This document shows positions 25,341 to 38,800 of a stretch of 64,000 nucleotides of DNA, piece by piece. This DNA is from Spongospora subterranea f. sp. subterranea (Eukaryota). How positions within the stretch are numbered: position 1 is the stretch's first letter; every line of letters starts with the position of its first letter. Below the pieces are notes generated by a model that worked only from the letters and a program-made list of their open reading frames with translations, made no database searches and was not told the DNA's origin. Location of the stretch: NCBI GenBank assembly GCA_049724395.1, contig JAUGWO010000049.1, positions 1 through 64,000 on the forward strand, written 5' to 3'. The position numbers and the translations under genes are program-made.

Positions 25341-26765
25341 ATTGGGACGAGTTTTTTCTACAATTGTTGATACATTCCGCGATTGGGCACAGGTTTCAGT
25401 AGCAGGAGCGATGAAACAATTGAAACAACTATTGAACGATCAAATTACGGTATATTCTGTTATCAGCTGCTCGGTTCAACGATGTAAGAACTGGGCATAT
25501 TTACCTCCATTTCTATCAAGCGACTCAGGAAAACGCTAAATTGGCTTTCACATCGAAGCAAATTGATATCAATTGAATACTGAAAACTTACTCATAACGT
25601 GACATGCTGTCGTACCCAACATCAGAGTCAACCCGCCGCACAACCGTCAGGAACCCCGTACTGTATGGTGGGCCGCGCGCCCAATATGACGACTGACGAC
25701 CCCCTAATCCCTATGGCGAACTACCGGACTGTACCGGTAGAAATTTGGTAGATTTCATCCAGAACCAGATCTGCATTCTGATCGCCATAACGGCGAGAGG
25801 ATGTACGAGACAAATTCCTGTTAGACATTTCCAAGCGGCCTTTGCAGAGATGGATCAAACAAGCAAAATTGGAATGCCATGTTCCTACTTCAGCAATTGA
25901 CCGCAGCGCCGAATGGATCAGCGACGCCCGGGGCTTTACAAAAAATGGTGTGAAAACAAGGATACTCATCGTCACGACGCGCGAAGGTATCAAGAATAGG
26001 CCAGCCTACGCTCATTTCAGCAATTCTTCAGGTATACAACGTAATGAATTTGCAGACTTGACCATCATGAAACTTTAGAAATCAGAGATATCAGTTAGGC
26101 AGAATATACCACAAGGATTAGTTGAAGAACAGTACCGCGAGCAGAAATCATGAAGGACCAAATGCTCTTTGTTGTTTTGAAATGACAAAACTTCGTCAGT
26201 TTTGGATATGAAATCCATTCGTGTATAGACGGGTGGTCTCCAATTGATGCTTGTAATCGCATCCCGGGGCAGATCCTCGCTCATCATCTCGATGCAATTG
26301 AGCATCATGGCTGATGCCATTAAGATAGCGTCCTGATCACGCTTTTGCGGCGGAAATACAGATGCACTTCAATGGCTATCTTTATGGATGGTGGAATCAA
26401 ATGTACCGATCTCTGTTTTTTTTAACTTTTCCAAAGGATTAGATGCGAATGTTATAAACGATGGTGACGACAAATATCTTCAGAAAATGCAACAACGTTG
26501 TGTTTGGCCCGCTGTTAGAAGAGACGTTAGACTAAGATGTATATCGAGTGGAACAACTCCTGTGGCTTCCCCGATATGCACCCAGAGTTGAGCGATGCCG
26601 TTGATTGCCGAGTTGATCTTCCACCATTGCTGTAAGAATGGGCTACTGCACCATATTCTGATTGCATTGTTGACCTCAACCACCTTTTTTCGCATTGCGA
26701 GTGCGCCTCGTTTCTTTTCGTTTACTCTCTCAATCGGCTGGATTTTGGCCTAAACAACATGCCGT

Positions 26766-26900
26766 CTGCCTACTCTCAAATAAAATCATTTCGTTGCGTA
26801 TGTAATATGAACGGTTTTCACGCAAACGACATCGCGATGACGTCCTTTTGCGTGAAAATCGTTCAAAATACGCAACGTGATGATTTTATCTATAGGACAG
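26766..26900. repeat. ~135 bp imperfect palindrome (MITE-like)
   Basis: ATAAAATCAT..CGTTGCGTAT..GAACGGTTTTCACGCAAA pairs with TTTGCGTGAAAATCGTTC..ATACGCAACG..ATGATTTTAT. Confidence 0.75.
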
Positions 26901-27502
26901 CAATGGGGCAATAGCAGCTCGCTGCGTTTTGAGAGAAATATAGATAGACCTTCATCAATGCTTGCAATCAGATCAAGTTAGATTTACCGATGTTCCGTCG
27001 CATGTTTGAAATGCTAGGGATGGAATTGTTTACCAATAATCTATCAACACAAACGTGTTTTCCAGAAATTACAGAGTACCCTAAGTCAATATCTGACGCT
27101 ATATACCTACAAAACGCTGGTTCACAAGACGTTCGTGGACCCAAAGGATTATTCCAATTGAGGCAGAGCGTTGCAACGCTGAATGAACACCTGCAACAGA
27201 ATGGGTCATTTATTAGCCTAATTTCAAATCTGTCAAAGGTTGCTGTAGTATTGGTCCTTCATTGCTGCAGTTGCTGGAGCTTGTGTGTATCAATCATGTG
27301 TGCGCCTGATTCGTATAGTATCATCGTTGACCAAATATGGGTCGTTTTCCATGAGCACTCTGATTCGAACCGATACCGCTGGATGTTCAGAATGGCGATC
27401 GCTTGGGTACGTCAGTCGAAAGTTTAATTGGCCAATCCGGAATCCTGTCGTATTATGAGGTAAACAATATGCTCATTGATCTCATGCAATTCAAAAACTG
27501 AT

Positions 27503-29363
27503 ATGGGAGCTGTTGATAGCGAATCGCGTCAGGTTTTAACAGCCGTTGAGCTGCGACGTATACAACAGATGGCATTTGGGAGCGAACCACACAACCAACA
27601 AAAACGAAACGATAAAGTTAGGATTCATCGATTCGTCGCGTTTTCCAATCACGATTTGCTGACGTTGACCTCTATTTTAGGAAGAATTATTAAAGTCCCG
27701 GTCCGCGAAACACATCTCAACATGGGCACAGAATGACCAAAAAGTGATCAAGAAGTTGGCCCAAAAAGAGATTCGGGAGCAGGAGCAAAAGCGCATTGAT
27801 GAGGAGGATTTAGCTCGTCATGTTGCTGAGCGGAAAGCGATGGTTGATCGAGCGGAACGGGAGAAATACAATAACACGGATGAGGTGAGATTGTTTTGAA
27901 TTGTTTCGTTGGCAATGACTGGGAAAGGGGAACAGGTCAAAGCGACTTTGGCCGGAATGATGTTATCGGACGTGATTCGGGAGAACCAGCACAACCAGCA
28001 GCTGAAGAAACATCGGGAGGTGAAGGAGAAGAAGCGCATGGAGGAATTTCTGGAAAGGCGGAATAGGACCATAAAAGCAGAGATCGAAGGAGAACAGGTG
28101 AAATGACCTGTCTGGTGAATAATTTACCGAAATTTTAACGGTGAATGATTGTTGCCTAGGCGAATCTCGCTGCGAGAAAACTCTATGATCAACAGCTTGT
28201 TCAAATACAGAAGGAGCAGTTCCGGGAGTATATGCAGGCGAAAGAGGAGCGGGTTCGGCAAAGTATGGAAGAGGGTCGGCAGATTGCACAACGACAAGAG
28301 AGGGATCGTGTCGAGGCCATTAAGAAGGTATGAACAGGGTCAAACCGGGACGAACACAGTTCATTGGAGGAAACAGGCACAGGAACGCGTTCAGTATATC
28401 AAAGAACAGAAGTTGCAGTGGTTAGCTGAAAATATCAATCTGAAAGAGATCAGAGAGATCGGGAGAAAGACAAGGTTAAGGAGGAGCTGACCAGGATTGC
28501 GGCGTATGCCGAAGACAAGCGGATGAAAGGTTGGATCGAGGTGATCTGGCGCATTCTGATCATTGATTATGGGCTGGCTTTGATAGAGCAAATGAGGAAG
28601 GACGTGGCCGATCAACGGTTGCGGAAACGATTAGCAGTTAAGCAAAAGATGATCGATATACAGTCTGAAGCACTGAGAAATCGGATCAATAACGAGGATG
28701 AGATTGTAGCGGCCCAGATCAAAACCTCGGAAATGAAAGCAGAAATGCGTTTACAAAAAGAGAGAACCAACCAGCTGGCCCAAAAGAAGATGTTGGACGA
28801 TTGTCGGCAGCGTCAGGTAAATGGACTGGTTTTGGCTGAGTTCAAAGGAAATGGTTCTCACCATCAACTCATTTTTCTGAATCAGATAATGGAACTGCAA
28901 GTTCGGAAAGCGGAAGAGCGGCGCATAGCTAAGGAATTGCAGGAGAAGTGGACGAGGGAGAAGAGGGCGTTCGACGACGAATCGGTGGAACAGAAGCGGA
29001 GAGAAACGTGAACGGGCCTTAGAATTGGCGAAATTCCATCAACAACAGATGGTGGGTGACAGTTTTGTTTTGAACCAAGAAATGAAATCTGGTTAGGATG
29101 ATAAACGTAATCGTGAGCAACTCCAACGAGATGAATTGCATCAATTTACAACGAACGCCGTGAAGGAGCACGAATTGTTTGTAAACGAGCTTAAGAGAGT
29201 GGCGGAGGCGACGATCGATGAGTATACGAAAGAGCAAAGAAACACATTACCGATCAAGATCGCGATTTCAAAGAATCGAAGTTTGTGTCCCTCACGACAG
29301 ATTGCGTTTGCACAAGAGGATTACGACGACGACGATTATGATGATTTTAACGGATATGACTGA
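27503..29363 (+). CDS. Cilia/flagella-associated coiled-coil protein (CFAP210/CCDC173-like); multi-exon
   Basis: VLTAVELRRIQ, STW..N, EQKRIDEE, YNNTDEVKA..AGMMLSDVIRE and a long E/R/K/Q-rich coiled coil; one apparent 1-nt indel near 29000. Confidence 0.7.
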
Positions 29364-29697
29364 TTTAGCCATGACCTTTGCCAATTTTCGTCGAAATAAA
29401 CAAGGTCAAATTTTTAATCAAAACTACAGTAAACGTTTTGAGGGCATGGAAGTTTCCAAAGGGATTCGTTTGTTCGCCGATTTAAGTGGAATATGGTTGA
29501 TGCCAAAAATGAAAATATTTCGGGAGACATTACGACAGATTTTATAACTACATGTTCAATTCTGTTATATTTAAAATAGCAAGTAGAGATCGTGAGCACT
29601 GGTCAACGGCGGCATAAATATTATACATTATGTTTAATGATGATGTGATGAACAGAGAAGTAGGTCCCCTGCCTTTGGCTTTGAGAGCAGTTTACTA

Positions 29698-31769
29698 TTA
29701 TGAAGGGACTGGCATGGGAGTGATATTATGTTTTGTCATAAACTCAACAAGTTGGTTTGGTAGCTCAACCAATACTTCATGCGATAACAACTCAGGCTTA
29801 TGAGAGTGATCTTTGTATGAAACGAATTGCACGATGTCGCGCGATGCTGCCTTTCCTGTCGACGAATAGAGAACTCGACCGTCACTGTCTAGTTCGACCA
29901 TATTCGAAAAATCAGCCTAAACAAGATAGGGTATCAGTTATGAGTGCACTGATGAGAAAGGTTCTGACATTGCCAACTCCAACGATAACAATGCTCATGG
30001 GCAGATTTGAAGCAGCAACAATTGCATCTATAGTATTTTGCATGTCGTTGATGATTCCATCCGTTAGAATCAGGAGTATTGAATAATGTTGCGAAGTCTG
30101 AGAGAGCCAAGATGAATTCAAAGCCGACGCCGTATTGATGATTTCAGCGAATAATGTTGGGCCTGAGAGCTTCACATTTCGCAAAGCGTGCCTATACACT
30201 TGATATGCAAAATGACAATCAACATTCGTGTGTAGCCGGAATTTAACCGATAGTACCGTCCAATATTCCTTGGACCCCTTGCACCTAAATATGACATGAG
30301 AATGTAGCAAAACCGGTACTGCTACTAAACAACGACCTCAGGTCGAGATTCGTCAAAGCTGAGCGGAAAGCAATGGTGGACTTTGTTGTCGAAAGACGCT
30401 CCGAAACCCCATACAGGAAATTGCTGGTCCCAGTCGTATGGCGCCAGAATTTCGCCTATCGACTGTATTGCATGTTCGTACTAAAAAAATTAACACAGAC
30501 AAAAGGTTTACTGATGCTCTCATATCACCGGATTTAATGACCCCCGAGAAGAAAAATGGAGTGAGTTAGGGTTGTTAGGGTCCCCATTGCTGGCGGTAAA
30601 ATCAATCGCAACCAGGAGATTAATTTGACAACCTCCTCGAATGTAGTCTAGAAATGATGGCTTGATCGTGACACTTACTTTGTCAAACTTAAGCATTCCA
30701 GAACTAGAATATTGTACGGACTGGAGTTTTAGACTCGAATCAACGAAGGAAAAACGCTTCGAGGAATCCGACAGCATCTCAGCAACTGAAACCTGGGCAC
30801 TGCCAATCAAAGTCGGAGAAAAAAACCGATTATAGTTATAGCAGTCAACAACAACGGGACGATGACGATCGCTATTGCAGAACGTCTGCATTGAAATGGA
30901 GATGCTGGGAAATTTCGGATTGTGGTTATACCACACAGTGTCGGTGGAAATCACTTTAACTCGAGAATTATCCTCTCGGAGACGGTAAAACTCGAGATAG
31001 GGATGGCATCCGCACATTGAAAATACCCCTGTTGAAATATTAGGCAATCGAATCATAGCATATTTGCAGCCACCTTTAGAAGTCAACGCCGTACAAGAAG
31101 GCTGAAAGTCGATCAGCTGTCTCGATTCAACGACGTCTTCCCATTTCACTATTAGAGTTCCGCTTTTCAAGGCAACACCTCCTTTTCCTGTAATATATCT
31201 CAAATTAACGGTTTCAACAGCGCTAAAATCGCTTACCCATTAATTGACATACCACTGATTGGTTTCGTGAAGCAACCTGTTAGTTATGGCTTAAAATGGG
31301 GACGATGACAAGGATTGGCGAAACTCACTACCAGTGATCCGACCTGGAACTGACAAGAACCAATAAAATCCTGCGCCTGAGCATTCTTGTTTTTGTCATC
31401 TTCATCATACACCGTTATCCTCACATTCTGCAATTCCTCGAAGTAGTAGTCGAGAATGAATTGTGTCGTCCAGACTGGATCATTATTATTACTGAATATC
31501 AATATCACCAGGCTGTAAATATGTTATGAAAACGGTTTTCGTTGAACTTACTGTATCGTCTCTGTTTTACCAATCGTCACCCAAGGGTTCGACGAGTTCT
31601 GTAATTCTACTATAGCAAAGGGGTCACTCTTTGACAGCAGATCCATGCTCGGCAGGTTGCTGTATTACATGAAAAAATTCACATTAAGCAAGAATCCCCA
31701 ACCACCCTCATTGATAAAACCTTACCTACATGACAGGAAGATATCGATTGGCGTCTTCAACGAAGACAT
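29698..31769 (-). CDS. Copine (C2-C2-vWA); multi-exon
   Basis: SKSDPF, LDYYFEELQ, SFLDYIRGGCQINLLVAIDFTASNGDP, LSGPTLFA, ILLILTDGII, LPMSIVIVGVG, RDIVQFV. Confidence 0.95.
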
Positions 31770-32124
31770 GAGGAAGTGTGTCTTAAGTGCGCTACACCAT
31801 CAGGAGGAGTTACAGCATGCATCCCCCCTTCAGTCAGCCATTGTACATCATGGACTGATGACACGCGACTGGGGGGGGGCGTTCACTCCCAGTGTTGAAT
31901 TCGCAGTGTTACATGGCCAGGAGCGTCTCATGTTATTCAGAGACGCAACTCCATACCGCCCATGAACTTCATATCTGTAGAAGGTGAAGCGGTGTAAGAT
32001 AAGCAGCTTTGCAAGGGTCGACATCGCCATTCAAATTTGGCCTACACTTTGAGCGAATTAAACAGGGCCAATACGAGTTGTTTATAGGTAATCACTTTCG
32101 AGTCTAAACGACGCAGATATGGAT

Positions 32125-32924
32125 TTATAAATACTGTTGCGATTTCATAGCTACAAATGTTGGGGCGTTGACAGTTCAAGACCGTCTCCATGCGTCTTCA
32201 TATGTCGCTTCAAATTGCACGACTGCACGTTCGTGTTAAGTTAATAAATTTGGAGATAACCTCGCTGACACGAGCCCATACCTGGCGAAACCCTCGTCGG
32301 CAAACCGAACAGGAAAACGGACGTTCGTTCGTATGGATTCGAACGTGGTTTTTGCTGTCGAGAACGGATGTCATCAGAAAAAATGATCCATGTCGTCAAT
32401 TTCCTTACAGATGACCGCTTTGATGAAAGCTCTTCGTACATATTGGGCACCGGAAAGGCCGCTCGCCAGTGTGAAATCGATTATGCTTTTTCAAGTCGCC
32501 TGAGCGTTGAAATATTTTTGAACACGTCGTGCAAATATGCGAGGAACGGTTATCTCTGAAATGGGTCTTGACGTGAATTTGTAAATCAATGCTCGATGGA
32601 AATCCGCTCCCGCAGTCGATACAGAATAGTTTTTCGACAACACCTATAGCGTTTTGTTTGTTGCCAAGCAAGCTTTTGTTTACTGTAGACGCACACCATT
32701 CAACATTTTCATCCACTGCTTGCTCGTGCTCCGAATTGCTATCTTGACCCTCCCTGCCGTTCTCGTGACGATTCAACATTTCATTGGGGCGAAAAGAATA
32801 GTTGCTATTCATTGACGATTGTTGGAACATACTCGCAGGAGAATGTGAAAAAAACTGGTCAAGATTTTTAACGCCGAATCTTCGGCATTCCCAGACGGTG
32901 GAATTCTAGCCTGAAAGCAAGTCA
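32125..32924 (-). CDS. C2H2 zinc-finger protein (about 4 fingers, two introns; start uncertain)
   Basis: [54 protein letters not shown]. Confidence 0.88.
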
Positions 32925-33309
32925 TTATCCGAATCCAACCCGCGTTTCTCCTCCGACAGCAGCGAAGAATCGCAATGCGGGCAGAGCGAACCCCAAGCTT
33001 GTGGACAGAAGTTGAGAAATGACTTGGAAATTTTGCCGAGGAGCGTCACGATCCAGCCCAGAGAGCACTCATGTGCCAAGGTACTCTGACTACATGATCG
33101 TGCCGGCAAGGTCACAGCGTCAATCAGATGTGCAGCTCAGTCGGCAATGGACCGAATCACAGATCCTGTTTTGCCACTAAACCGGACCGAGGTCGAAAGG
33201 GCGATCGAGGGCTGTACAAATCAAATAGCAGAACCGCTCAAGTTCGTTGAGTAGAGATATCATGACCCAATGCAATTAGTAGAGCGCAATTACTGAGATG
33301 AGTATTTAT

Positions 33310-34192
33310 CTATGAGGAGTTTTGCAGTTTTCGAATAGCAACGTCGTAAATTATGCTTTCTATCTTTTGCAAATCGTATTTGATTCCGTCAACGCGCTGT
33401 GGGGAATTTGGTTAGCGTAAGCACTGGAAAATAGATCACATAACCAACCCGCCTCAAAATATCGTTTCGTAAGTTAAGCATTCTAAATGCGCCATAAAGC
33501 TCAGCGACAAAAGCGCCGATTGCTGATGGGAATGTGGCATGTCCCGAAGTGACAAGATTCGTACAAAGCCTTGCCTGCCGAGACACATCAAAACACGCGG
33601 GTATAATAAATTTAATGCATCCGACTAACCAATTCATTGGGCAAACTAGAAACACCAATCAGATATTCTTCCAAATCGATCTGCTGAAAAGGCCCATCCC
33701 GAACTAGAGCTGTGCATGAGATGGAGAATTACCTAATTTTGCTGGATCTTACTGGCAAGCATCACCTCGATTTGCGATTTTGACGCTAGCGACTTGTTCA
33801 CAAGATAATGAGCGAAAGCAGCTGTCCCGACAAGCTCATATATATGGGAACGCCAGAGATAGCGAAACCTGGACAAGAAACAATTTTAGGGCGATTGTAA
33901 CAGGGAGAAATTCTAATTCTACATCTCCCAATGACCTTCCGATTCCTGGTGGATTTTCAGCCCAAATATCGCCAAGCGATAATAGCAGCTTCATCACCCT
34001 TCGGCAAAGATCGGCAATATCCTCGGTATTTGAGATCTGGTGTGCAGATAGAATTAAACCTGCGGTTTTATGTTGGATATTCACCAGCTTTTTAACGGAT
34101 GCGACGACCGCCTCGCGGCGCTGCTCTATAGCCAGCAGTTCGGCGTCATAGATTGTCATTAATGAATGAAGATCCTGTTGTTCCTCCATCAT
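33310..34192 (-). CDS. TSN: Translin; multi-exon
   Basis: IDLEEYLIGVSSLPNEL, RLCTNLVTSG, FRMLNLRNDILRR, DGIKYDLQKIESIIYDVAIR. Confidence 0.9.
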
Positions 34193-34404
34193 GGTGACCG
34201 GCGATTGATCGCACACCACAAGCAGAATAAGACACCGCCCGCTACGCAGAATGATTTGAATATCGCACGCCATCTTTTCCCCGATATTCGATCGGTTATC
34301 TGACCGAATATAAGTTTATCGCCTTACGTTGATTTACAGCATAAACATACAAACATTACTTCAACAACTTGGGTATCAAATCGAAGATATTTTTTCGATA
34401 ACAA

Positions 34405-35445
34405 ATGGTAAATCTAGATTCACATTCCGGAATGGGAATTGAGACTGCAATGAAGAAGGGTTGCGAAGAATTGAGTCGCCATAGGCAAAAGAGAATAGTG
34501 CTAGGATCGACCAATCGCGCAGCTTTACTTCAGAAGCTGGTGGGGCGAAATTTTGCACAAAAACGGCGACATGACACAGATTGGGCGACAGCGTATGAAG
34601 ACAAGGTGTTGAAGAAAGCGAAAGAAAAAAGGGAACGACGTATGAAAAGTCTTCCAACTATTGTCCCTGGAGAAAATGAGCCGTATGTGCCAAATGAAAA
34701 CCGTTGGAGGACCTTATCGTATGAGGTGGATATAAAAGGTGACGCTGAGAAAAGCCTAAACTACATAGTTCGGCGTCTGCAAAATAGAGCTATTTGTAGG
34801 GGGAAGCAGTTATTTAGAAAGGATGCCACCAGCGTCGAGGAAGGTATGAAACCTGATAACATTGCCGTTCTGAAAGAAAAAGAGCAAAGGTATGAACGAT
34901 CAGATGGGAAAATGGCGGCCAACAGCGAGCTATTAGTTGCAGAATCTCTGGATCATAATCCATCAGTGCTGAATCCTCCTGCAGCAGCCTTCATTACCAC
35001 CTGGATGGCGGCTTCTGGATCCAGGGACCTAGACGAAAGCTATCAGTACAAACTTAGAGGAATACGGTCTTCAGAAGCGAAGGCCAAGCGCTCGATGATG
35101 TATGTGCAGAAATTGGAGGCATTTGCAGCCAAGCAAGAATGCGATGCGGTGCAAAAAAAACGCAATCTGATAATCCAGAGACAGTTGCTTCAATGTGCTT
35201 ACGCGGATCGCCTGAATAAGCAAGCTCAATCAGCCAATGCATGCTTCCGCAAAGCAATTGGCCAGTATAATAGCAATGTTGCCGGGCAATTTCAAGGAAA
35301 ACATACATCTATCTGGGGAACTTTTGACGCTAAAACAATCAACGAAATGCGCCAATCATCAATCGCAGACAAATCCCGAAATTATCAGACCTCGCCGCGA
35401 GATTATATCAACTGCAGCTTGAATAGTTTACCAGCGAATCGTTGA
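34405..35445 (+). CDS. Hypothetical protein (346 aa, helical/coiled-coil), divergent from translin
   Basis: Long uninterrupted ORF with normal composition; no recognised domain. Confidence 0.65.
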   Translation: MVNLDSHSGMGIETAMKKGCEELSRHRQKRIVLGSTNRAALLQKLVGRNFAQKRRHDTDWATAYEDKVLKKAKEKRERRMKSLPTIVPGENEPYVPNENRWRTLSYEVDIKGDAEKSLNYIVRRLQNRAICRGKQLFRKDATSVEEGMKPDNIAVLKEKEQRYERSDGKMAANSELLVAESLDHNPSVLNPPAAAFITTWMAASGSRDLDESYQYKLRGIRSSEAKAKRSMMYVQKLEAFAAKQECDAVQKKRNLIIQRQLLQCAYADRLNKQAQSANACFRKAIGQYNSNVAGQFQGKHTSIWGTFDAKTINEMRQSSIADKSRNYQTSPRDYINCSLNSLPANR

Positions 35446-35519
35446 CTGTATTTAGGGTCCCATAGATAAATATGTAGACCTTACTACTATTAAAGTGCGT
35501 GTAATGGATGACCAATCTC

Positions 35520-35715
35520 ATACTTACCTTGAAGGTGCTCAGTGGTTCAGCCACACTATGGTCGATCAATAAGGACCGTGAGCTATCCTGGAGCGGCCCA
35601 CCATGCACGCGTTGTAACATACGTAGGGTGTCTGTGAAAGGGATATGGCTTCGGCACATGCCGGGGTTGACTTCATAATTTATGAGTCGAGGGGCTCAGA
35701 GTTCGCTCTACCCCT
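35520..35715 (+). ncRNA. U1: U1 spliceosomal snRNA, copy 1
   Basis: 5' ATACTTACCT; loop I GATCAATAAG; loop II ATGCAC; Sm site ATAATTTATG; terminal AGGGG..TTCG..CCCCT hairpin. Confidence 0.95.
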
Positions 35716-35812
35716 GTCCAATTTAATTAAAACGAAGTGAATTCACCTGAACTTGTTTAAGAGATTCAACTCTGCCCGTTGTTTATAGTAATTGTAGATG
35801 CAATACGAGGTG

Positions 35813-38800
35813 TGTTAAAACTCAAGACGATTAAGCATCTCTGAGATGTATGGGGTTTCCCCTACTTATAGGCTGAAGGCCCGTCCCGCATGTTGCGGTG
35901 TACCGTAAATAAATTTACTCCTCTATCGCACGAATTCGAATAGATTAAGAGTCCCATCCTCGAGTATGACGCCGGAGGAGGCATCGCCGACCTCGCACAT
36001 GCTGGACGATGAATTAGACGCCGAGATCAAACGGTTGGAGCGGCAACGCAAAGTCGAGCATTTAAATCAACTACAGTCTGAGATTACATCAGAACGCCCC
36101 AACCATTTGATCTTGGATAGGGTGGAAATACCCAAATTCGATGGCACGGACAGCAATTTTCATTTCTGGGCGCAAAACGCTGCCCTGTACCTTTATGCGA
36201 AGGATCTGGGAGACATTATAGGAATGGACCAAGACGGGCGCCCGTCCGAAGCCTTGCCCGTTGTCAACACCCAGACCCAGTTCCGTCAAGACCTGCGTGC
36301 TCTATCTTTAATTCGACTGAATCTAATCAGTGATAATGTCGCCCGCATTACCAACGTCACGCAGTGCAAATCTTCAGCACAAGCGTGGAGAGCAATATAT
36401 AATGTTTACCACAGATCCACCAGGTCTGTCATGACTCAAGCGATTCACAATTTCATATCCATCAAGCAAGAAGATGACGAACCCACCAGACTCTTTGCAT
36501 CGCGCATGTCTGAAGCGGTCTCCAGAGTCAGATCGGTTGTGGCTGACTCGTTGATCCACATTACTGCGGAATTTGAAGCCCTCGTCATGCTATTAGCAAT
36601 TCATGGAAGGTTTTCGACGCTCGTAAGCATCATAAACGCACAGGACCAGGACGTGCCTTTAACAACACAGAAACTGATTTCCATGATGCTTGAAGAAGAA
36701 AAGTTGGAGCAAAGCCCCCCCCGAATTCCCATCGGCGTCAGTGGCCGAACTAAAAGCGGAAGTATCGGCCTTGAAGGCCTCTATCCAGAAGATGAAGTCT
36801 AACGACTGCAAGATACATCCCGGGAAGCACCCCAACGCGCATTGCTTCACACAATTTCCCGAGAAGGCACCATTGGAATGGAAGCACCATCGCATCAATA
36901 ATACACCAAGACACGAATCACTTTATCCTCTGCAACTGGCACTTTCTTCAACTGCTTTACCACCTTTGCGGTCGTCTAGTTGGACCGTAGACAGTGCCTG
37001 TAGTCAGCATATGGCGTTTCAGCGAAAATCCTTGAAAGACTTCGATGCCCACAATAGGATTCAAGTATCGTTGGGGGATGGGTCAAAAGTCAGCGTTACC
37101 GGCGGAGACACCGGAAAGGCTATCCTGGACAGTACAGAAACTCGAGTTCATGACGTATTACATGTCCCGACACTAAGCCGAAACCTGCTGTCTGTTTTTC
37201 AACTGACATTAAGGGCCCTTATCCTGTCACTTCGCTATTCTTCAACTCGATCTACAGCATCATAACATCATAACATTCATCGACCACTACACTCGATGCT
37301 TGAGGGTTTATTTCCTCAAAAACAAGTCAGAAGCCTTGTCCGCGCTAAAACAATTTGAACAGGACTCATCTTTCCAATTAGGCGACATTCCACACAGATT
37401 GAAAATACTTCAGAGCGATAATGCCGGCGAATATACATCGACCGAATGTAAGGAGTATTATGCGAAGCGAGGTATATTCCACAGAACAAGCGTTGCGTAT
37501 GACCCCGAACAGAATGGAATCGCTGAACGAGTGAATCGCACCATTGATACGGCTGCGGAAAGTGCCAGACATCAGGCTGGCTTACCTGGACAATACTGGG
37601 GGTTTGCGACTGCTGCCGCTGTACATGTTATCAACAGAAGACCTCATAGCGCATTACCCAATAAGATTTCACCTTATGAAGCATGGTTTGGTACTAAACC
37701 AGACCCTTCGTATATGCGAGTATTTGGTTGCGACGCATGGTCGTTCGTGCATAAACGACGGAGGAAAGGACTACTTCCCAAAACCACCCCAGCCGTTTTC
37801 ATTGGGTACAGTCAGAACCAAAAGGCGTATCAATTATGGGATCCCGTCAAGAAGAAGATGTACACCAGCAGAAGAGTCAAATTCATTGAAAACTCAAGTT
37901 CTGGAAATCAACCTCGAAGACCGACGATCGGGAGACAATAAACGACAACCAACCGAACTTGGAGCAGCTGGATTCAGGCGCTATCGAAGCAGAGACTCAT
38001 GCCGGCGACAGTCATCGCGAAGAAGTCTTAGACGGATCGAACTCAATCGACAATCAAGTCGAAGATACTGATGATGAAGATGAGGTGATAGACGAGGAGA
38101 GAGCATCGAGTCAGCCAATTCCCACTCTACGAATTTCGTCTAGATTCAGAAGGCCGCCCGAGATTTGGAAATTCTCCAACGCCGCATGTACCTCACATAC
38201 GATTGACATTATAGGATCAGAACCCTCAGCAAACCTGATACATCAGACATGCTTTGCTCAGAGATCCAAATTCCTTCATCGGTCCATGATGCGATGACAA
38301 GCAAATTAGCTGGATATTGGCGCGATGCCCTGATAGATGAGCACAAGAACATGGTAGGGTTCCGTACATTCGACCTCGTCACCCGTACCCCCAAAATCAA
38401 ACCAATTAAGTGCAAATGGGTATTTACCGTAAAGCCTAGGAAGGACGATTCAGGATTGGTGGGGAAGTTCAAGGCCAGGCTGGTAGCGAAAGGGTTTTCG
38501 CAGCGTTTCGACGTCGACTACAATGAAACTTTTGCCCCTGTGGCTCACCAGGAATCCTTGAGAACACTACTCGCCCTAACAGCGCTGCACGGCTTAAGAC
38601 TTCGTCAATTAGACGTGGTGGGAGCGTATCTGAACGGAGACATTGAGGAAGAGCTTTACATGGTTCAGCCCGAAGGATTCAGCACCGGCCCTAACCAGGT
38701 ATGGAGGCTAAATAAGGCCATTTACGGTTTGAAGCAAGCAGGACGTGTCTGGAACAAGAGAATTAACGAACTCTTGGTGACAGAATTAGGGTTTAAAAGG

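Noticed and set aside
25690..27430. Protein-coding genes in short ORFs
   Set aside because: Stop-interrupted and without recognisable domains; probably TE debris, not callable.
33310..34192. Functional link between translin (C3PO, RNAi) and the nearby hairpin TEs
   Set aside because: Translin is a widespread gene in an ordinary gene block; proximity alone is not evidence.
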